A DNA stretch of 56,295 nt from Magnetococcales bacterium. Its GTDB lineage: Bacteria > Pseudomonadota > Magnetococcia > Magnetococcales > Magnetaquicoccaceae. A program made the translations under genes and the position numbers. The notes beneath the pieces are model-generated. The model made no database searches, was not told the DNA's origin, and saw only the letters and a program-made list of their open reading frames with translations. Below are positions 51,640 through 56,295 of this stretch, piece after piece (the stretch's first letter is position 1; every line of letters starts with the position of its first letter). The stretch spans positions 34,078 through 90,372 of the forward strand of contig JADGBU010000001.1 of assembly GCA_015231295.1 (NCBI GenBank). Reading direction: 5' to 3'.

Positions 51640-53379
51640 ATGATCATGCGCACTTCATCGACTCCTGTTCGCATCCCCTCTTTCCTGTCCCCCTGGGTCC
51701 GGCGCGTTTTCGTGGGGTTGATCTCTCTGGGCATGGGCTGCGTTCCGAAGCCACCCCCGCAGGAGTCGGACGCGCTCCGGCATGACCCCCCGGCCCTCCA
51801 GACCCAGGGCATGGAAGCGTCCATTCCCGAGACGGTCAAGGTCTCCCCGTTTCTCCCCAGGGAGGAGAGCAAAGGTCTGGTTCAATCCACCTACACGGTG
51901 GTGGTCACCGATGTCCCGGTGCGGGAGGTGCTGTTCGCGCTGGCCAGAGATGCCCATCTCAATGTGGATATCGTGCCCGGCATCACCGGTCAGGTCACTC
52001 TCAACGCCATCGACCAGACCCTGCCGAAAATTCTCGACCGGATCGCCATGCAGTCCAACATCCGCTATCAGATCAAGGAGAACGTGCTCTCGGTGGAACC
52101 GGATCTGCCGTTTCGTCGCAACTACCGGATCGATTACGTCTCCTCGGCGCGCAAGATGGAGTCCGAGGTGGCCATCGCCACCACCGTGGCCTCCACGGGA
52201 GCCAATGCCCCCACCATCAACAACAGCTCCAGCATCAAACTCGGCACCTCCTCGACCAATGACTTCTGGAACAACCTGATTGCCAATCTGAATGAAATCG
52301 TCACCGACGGCAAACGGGACGGCACCGCCGGAGAGAACAAAAAAGAGGATAAAAAAAATGAAGGGGGCAAAAAAATCGTCTGGAACGAAGCCACCGGAGT
52401 GGTCAATATCCTGGCCACCGACCGTCAGCATCGGGAGGTGCAGGAGTTCATCGACCGGGTGGTCCACAGCGCGCAGCGTCAGGTGCTGATCGAGGCGACG
52501 GTTGCCGAGGTCCGGCTTTCGGATCAGTACCAGTCGGGCATCGACTGGTCCATGCTCAAACGAACCGGCACCTCCGACGACGGAAACCGCATCTCCCTGC
52601 TGGCCAACCGGCTGAACGCCAATCCTCTGGCGGCGATGACCCTCAACAGCACCCGGGTGCCGTTTTTGTCGGATGTGCTGGGCGACCGGGATGTGGGAGC
52701 CACCCTGCGACTGCTCTCCACCTTCGGCAAGACCAAGGTGCTCTCCTCGCCCCGGATCACGGTGCTCAACAACCAGACCGCCATTCTGCGCGTCACCACC
52801 AATGAAGTCTACTTCCAGATCCGGGTCACAGAACCGACCTTCAACGAAAACGGCACCATCCGCACCTCGGCCACCAGCGAAACCCAGATCCGTACCGTGC
52901 CGCTGGGCTTCATCATGCAGGTGACTCCCCAGATCAGCGAATCGGAGATCATCACCCTCAACATCCGCCCCACCATCCAGCGGGTGGAAAAGTGGGTGGA
53001 CAATCCGGATCCGAATCTTCGGGTCAATCTGCCGGCCGACTCCAGTTTTGTACCGCCTCAGATTCCGGTGGTCCAGGTGCAGGAGCTCGATTCGGTGCTG
53101 CGGGTGCCAAACGGCCATGTGGCGGTGATGGGCGGCCTGATGGAAAACTCACGCACCAAGGATGTGGACGGGGTTCCCGGACTCGCGGAACTGCCGGTGG
53201 TGGGGGGACTGTTCAGTTACCGCAATCAGGAGAGCAGCAAATCGGAGCTGGTGGTCTTTCTGCGGCCCGTGGTTTCGGGCGAACCCCGTGATCTGCTGAA
53301 CGACCATGACCGCCAGATACTCTCCGAACGGAACACCCCGCTGCCTGCCACCTGGACACGGGATCCCGCCGCGCTATGA
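51640..53379 (+). CDS. mshL: MSHA-type pilus secretin (lipoprotein)
   Basis: Lipobox-like GMGC, STN domain, RQVLIEATVAEV, GIDW, LSSPRITVLNNQTA, MGGLM, KSELVVFLRP. Confidence 0.88.
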   Translation: MIMRTSSTPVRIPSFLSPWVRRVFVGLISLGMGCVPKPPPQESDALRHDPPALQTQGMEASIPETVKVSPFLPREESKGLVQSTYTVVVTDVPVREVLFALARDAHLNVDIVPGITGQVTLNAIDQTLPKILDRIAMQSNIRYQIKENVLSVEPDLPFRRNYRIDYVSSARKMESEVAIATTVASTGANAPTINNSSSIKLGTSSTNDFWNNLIANLNEIVTDGKRDGTAGENKKEDKKNEGGKKIVWNEATGVVNILATDRQHREVQEFIDRVVHSAQRQVLIEATVAEVRLSDQYQSGIDWSMLKRTGTSDDGNRISLLANRLNANPLAAMTLNSTRVPFLSDVLGDRDVGATLRLLSTFGKTKVLSSPRITVLNNQTAILRVTTNEVYFQIRVTEPTFNENGTIRTSATSETQIRTVPLGFIMQVTPQISESEIITLNIRPTIQRVEKWVDNPDPNLRVNLPADSSFVPPQIPVVQVQELDSVLRVPNGHVAVMGGLMENSRTKDVDGVPGLAELPVVGGLFSYRNQESSKSELVVFLRPVVSGEPRDLLNDHDRQILSERNTPLPATWTRDPAAL

Positions 53380-55286
53380 GCCTTCTGCTTGACATGCTCC
53401 GCGATACGGAAGAGGAAAAGGAATCGCAACCGTTTCCGGTCAAGACCATGAAACCGGCATTCGTGCCGCAAGCGGTCCCGACAGAGACGAGCGCGACGCA
53501 ATCCACCCCGCACATCAGCGGACTGGATCTGGTCCGGACGCCGCAGGGAGCGGTTTCCATCCACCCGGTCCCGGAGGAGTCCGACGAAGACGATTTCGAG
53601 CGGTTTTCCTTCGATCTCGAAGAGGAGGATCCGGCCGACACCGAAAAAACCCCAGAGATGTTCCTGGCGCACCGGGAGACGCAGGCGGATCCGTCCGACA
53701 CCGAAGAAGACCCCTTTCAGATCCTCCTCGATGACGATACCCGGTCAGACGAAGGGCCGACTGCCCTCCAGAAAGAAAACGCGCCTCGGGAGCACACGAA
53801 ACACGCACCGACAGAGGAGGCCTCCGGCATTTCCTCCTTTGGCTTTCCCACCCTGTTCGCGACCATGGCACTCGCACCGCACCCGGCCATGACTGTCGAA
53901 AAACCGCCGGAACCGCTGACCGGAACAGCGGGGATCTCCCTTGCCCCGCAACCGGAGCAGACCGAAAGCCTCCTGGTCACGCTCCCGGACAAGGCAGCAA
54001 CCCCCGTTCAACCGGTCTCATCCGGTCTCGACGCAGGCCTGGCACCAGCACCCGAACCGGCATCCGGAACCGCACCCGAGTCCAAACGAACCGCCCGACT
54101 CTTCTGGCTGCTCAAGGGGGGGGCATTCCTGATCGGCGGGCTGGCGGTTGCCGGATATTATTATCAGGAGGCCTTGAATACGGAAAGCCCACGGGTGCCC
54201 GCCGCGACCAGAAAAGTCCCGCCACAGAACGCCCCGACCCGGCCCGCGCCGCCCCAGGCGCAAAAGAGCCAGACCGCTCCGGCACCGGCTCCAGACGCTC
54301 CCATCCAGGAAGCCGCTCGCCAGACGCAGAAGCCCCCGACCGCTCCGGGACAGCCTCCAAACGCTCCCATCCAGGAAGCCGCTCACCAGACGCAGAAGCC
54401 CCCGACCGCTCCGGGACAGCCTCCAGCCGCTCCCGCCCAGGAGGCCGCTCACCAGACGCGGGCCGATGCAAAACCGCCCAAAAACGGACCGCAACCCCGG
54501 ACACTCCCCCGTTCCGACCTGTCCGCCAGAGACGCATCCCAAAAACGCCCCCCCTCTTCCGCGCCTTCCCCCGACGGGACGATGCAACCGCTCACGGCCA
54601 CCGGGCCATCCACAGCCGGTCCGATCGCAACCGAAAAACCGGCCTCCCGGAAACCGGCCAAACCGCCAGCCGCCAAAACGTCGAAAACCGCTCCCGGCTC
54701 CGAGCCGGAACCCCTGCAGGCCGGACGGAGGGCGTTTCTCGACAACGACCTGGCCACCGCCAAAGCCCGGTTCGAGCAGCTCCTCTCCCGGGAACCCCAC
54801 AACCATGGGGCCATATCCGGTCTGGCCTCGGTGGCCATCCGCGAAGGCAACCCCGACAGGGCGCGCGCGCTGTATCAGAGCATTCTCAAGGAGAATCCCC
54901 ACGACACTCTGGCCATTGCCGCACTCATCTCCCTGACCGGAAACCCGGATCCGATCCGCACCGAAAGCCGGTTGCAACACCTGTTGCGGGAAAAACCGAA
55001 TGAGGCCCACCTCTATTTTGCCCTCGGCAATGTCCACGTGGAGCAGAAAAACTGGCCCGAGGCCCAGAATGCCTTCTTCAACGCCTACCGCCTGGATCGG
55101 GACAACCCGGACATTCTGCTCAATCTGGCGGTGAGCCTCGACCAGATGGGTCAGGAGGCCGCCGCTCTCACCCACTACCGGGAGGCTCTGCGCCTCATGA
55201 CCGTGCGCCACGGGGCCGGTTTCGACCTGCATGGAGTACAGCGACGCATCGCCATTCTCGCACAGCGACATCCGGACCGGCCATGA
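53376..55286 (+). CDS. mshN: MshN-like membrane-anchored TPR protein
   Basis: MSLLLDML start, acidic and Pro-rich linkers, one TM, C-terminal TPRs (LYFALGN, AFFNAY, NLAVSLD); lies between secretin and ATPase. Confidence 0.7.
   Translation: MSLLLDMLRDTEEEKESQPFPVKTMKPAFVPQAVPTETSATQSTPHISGLDLVRTPQGAVSIHPVPEESDEDDFERFSFDLEEEDPADTEKTPEMFLAHRETQADPSDTEEDPFQILLDDDTRSDEGPTALQKENAPREHTKHAPTEEASGISSFGFPTLFATMALAPHPAMTVEKPPEPLTGTAGISLAPQPEQTESLLVTLPDKAATPVQPVSSGLDAGLAPAPEPASGTAPESKRTARLFWLLKGGAFLIGGLAVAGYYYQEALNTESPRVPAATRKVPPQNAPTRPAPPQAQKSQTAPAPAPDAPIQEAARQTQKPPTAPGQPPNAPIQEAAHQTQKPPTAPGQPPAAPAQEAAHQTRADAKPPKNGPQPRTLPRSDLSARDASQKRPPSSAPSPDGTMQPLTATGPSTAGPIATEKPASRKPAKPPAAKTSKTAPGSEPEPLQAGRRAFLDNDLATAKARFEQLLSREPHNHGAISGLASVAIREGNPDRARALYQSILKENPHDTLAIAALISLTGNPDPIRTESRLQHLLREKPNEAHLYFALGNVHVEQKNWPEAQNAFFNAYRLDRDNPDILLNLAVSLDQMGQEAAALTHYREALRLMTVRHGAGFDLHGVQRRIAILAQRHPDRP
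54297..54459 (+). repeat. 66-bp tandem repeat (about 2.5 copies) inside mshN
   Basis: APIQEAARQTQKPPTAPGQPPN units starting at 54297, 54363 and 54429. Confidence 0.9.
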
Positions 55287-56295
55287 CCCCATCCGCCTCA
55301 GCCGCACCGCAAAAACGTCGCCGTCTGGGTGACATCCTGCTGGATGCGCAAATCATCACCCCCGACAAGCTGACCATTGCCCTCACCGAACAGAAAAAAA
55401 CCGGTGAACAGCTTGGCCGGATCATCGTCAAACTGGGATTTGTCCCGGAACAGGTGATGCGTGATCTGCTGGGCAGTGCCCTCGGGCAGCCAAGCATCGA
55501 CCTCGACACCATCCGACTCGATCCCTCGGTCCTGGCCCTGCTCCCGAAAAAGCTGATCGAACGTCATCAGGTGCTCCCGATCCAGTGGAACGCCAAAACC
55601 GCCACCCTCACCCTGGCCATGGCCGACACCCAGGATGTGGCGGTGATCGACAAAATCCAGGCCAACATCCACGAAGGCATCACCATCCGACCGGTGCTGG
55701 CCGGTCAATCGGAGATCGGACGGGCGATCCAGAAATATTTCGGCGGCCACATCTCCCTGGAAGGGGTGATCCGCGAACTGGAAACCGGCTCCATCGATCT
55801 CGAAAGCCTCTCCACGGATCAGGGGGGGCAGTTCAGCCATCCCATGGTCCGTCTGGTGGAGATGCTGCTCGCGGATGCGGTCCATCGGGACGCCTCGGAC
55901 ATCCACATCGAACCGGAACTCGGTTTCGTGCGCATCCGCTACCGGGTCGATGGGGTGCTCTCCGAGGTGCGCAGTCTGCATCGGGACTATCTGTCCGGAC
56001 TGGTGGTGCGTCTCAAGGTGCTGGCGGGCATGAACATCGCCGAAACCCGCGCGCCCCAGGATGGCCGCTTCTCGATGAACATTTCCAGCCATGCCATCGA
56101 TTTCCGGGTCTCCTCCCAGCCCACCACCCATGGGGAGAATCTGGTGCTGCGGGTGCTCGACCGCAACAAGGGCATCATGCGCCTGGAAGATCTCGGACTC
56201 TCCCGATCCAATCTGAACACCCTCAAACGAATGATGGCCAAACCCGAAGGGATCATCCTGGTGACAGGCCCCACCGGCAGCGGCAAGACCACCAC
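55283..56295 (+). CDS. mshE: GspE/PulE/MshE-family pilus assembly ATPase with MshEN domain; truncated by the window end
   Basis: Manual translation: RLGDILLDAQIITPDKLTIALTEQ, ASDIHIEP, IRYRVDGVL, PQDGRF, GPTGSGKTT; not in the ORF track (no stop). Confidence 0.9.
   Translation, partial: MTPSASAAPQKRRRLGDILLDAQIITPDKLTIALTEQKKTGEQLGRIIVKLGFVPEQVMRDLLGSALGQPSIDLDTIRLDPSVLALLPKKLIERHQVLPIQWNAKTATLTLAMADTQDVAVIDKIQANIHEGITIRPVLAGQSEIGRAIQKYFGGHISLEGVIRELETGSIDLESLSTDQGGQFSHPMVRLVEMLLADAVHRDASDIHIEPELGFVRIRYRVDGVLSEVRSLHRDYLSGLVVRLKVLAGMNIAETRAPQDGRFSMNISSHAIDFRVSSQPTTHGENLVLRVLDRNKGIMRLEDLGLSRSNLNTLKRMMAKPEGIILVTGPTGSGKTT

Overview
GC-rich bacterial chromosome segment. The family of GC-rich intergenic hairpin repeats, the nif/dra layout and the MCP-type sensor domains suggest Magnetococcales (magnetotactic cocci), but this is inference, not a computed placement. 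The core is a Mo-nitrogenase regulon in two blocks: nifA | nifV-fdxB-orf-nifX-nifN-nifE <> nifB-fdxN-nifQ-draG (7.5-17.9 kb) and draT <> nifHDKTY (29-35 kb). Four sigma54 promoters, NifA UAS sites and IHF sites are readable. Between the blocks lie an AT-rich islet (permuted small HNH gene, orphan gene, tmRNA-like att remnant), alkC, an AIM24-family gene, a DEDDh exonuclease, a cold-shock gene, modABC with a ModE-type box, a STAS gene and ktrAB. The left end holds an unusual pair of histidine-pathway paralogues: a HAD phosphatase fused to two degenerate IGPD (HisB)-like units, which is missing from the ORF track, and a HisD homologue with altered active-site residues. They flank an HD-GYP regulator, an unknown protein and a GT2 glycosyltransferase. 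The right part holds an AT-richer CHASE/hybrid-kinase phosphorelay cassette, an XRE regulator with twin operators, a secreted protein coupled to a kinase with a periplasmic EF-hand loop, PilZ and REC genes, IS630 and IS3 scars, a signalling-less tandem chemoreceptor-sensor protein and the start of an MSHA pilus operon (mshM-L-N-E). No rRNA, complete tRNA or CRISPR array was seen.
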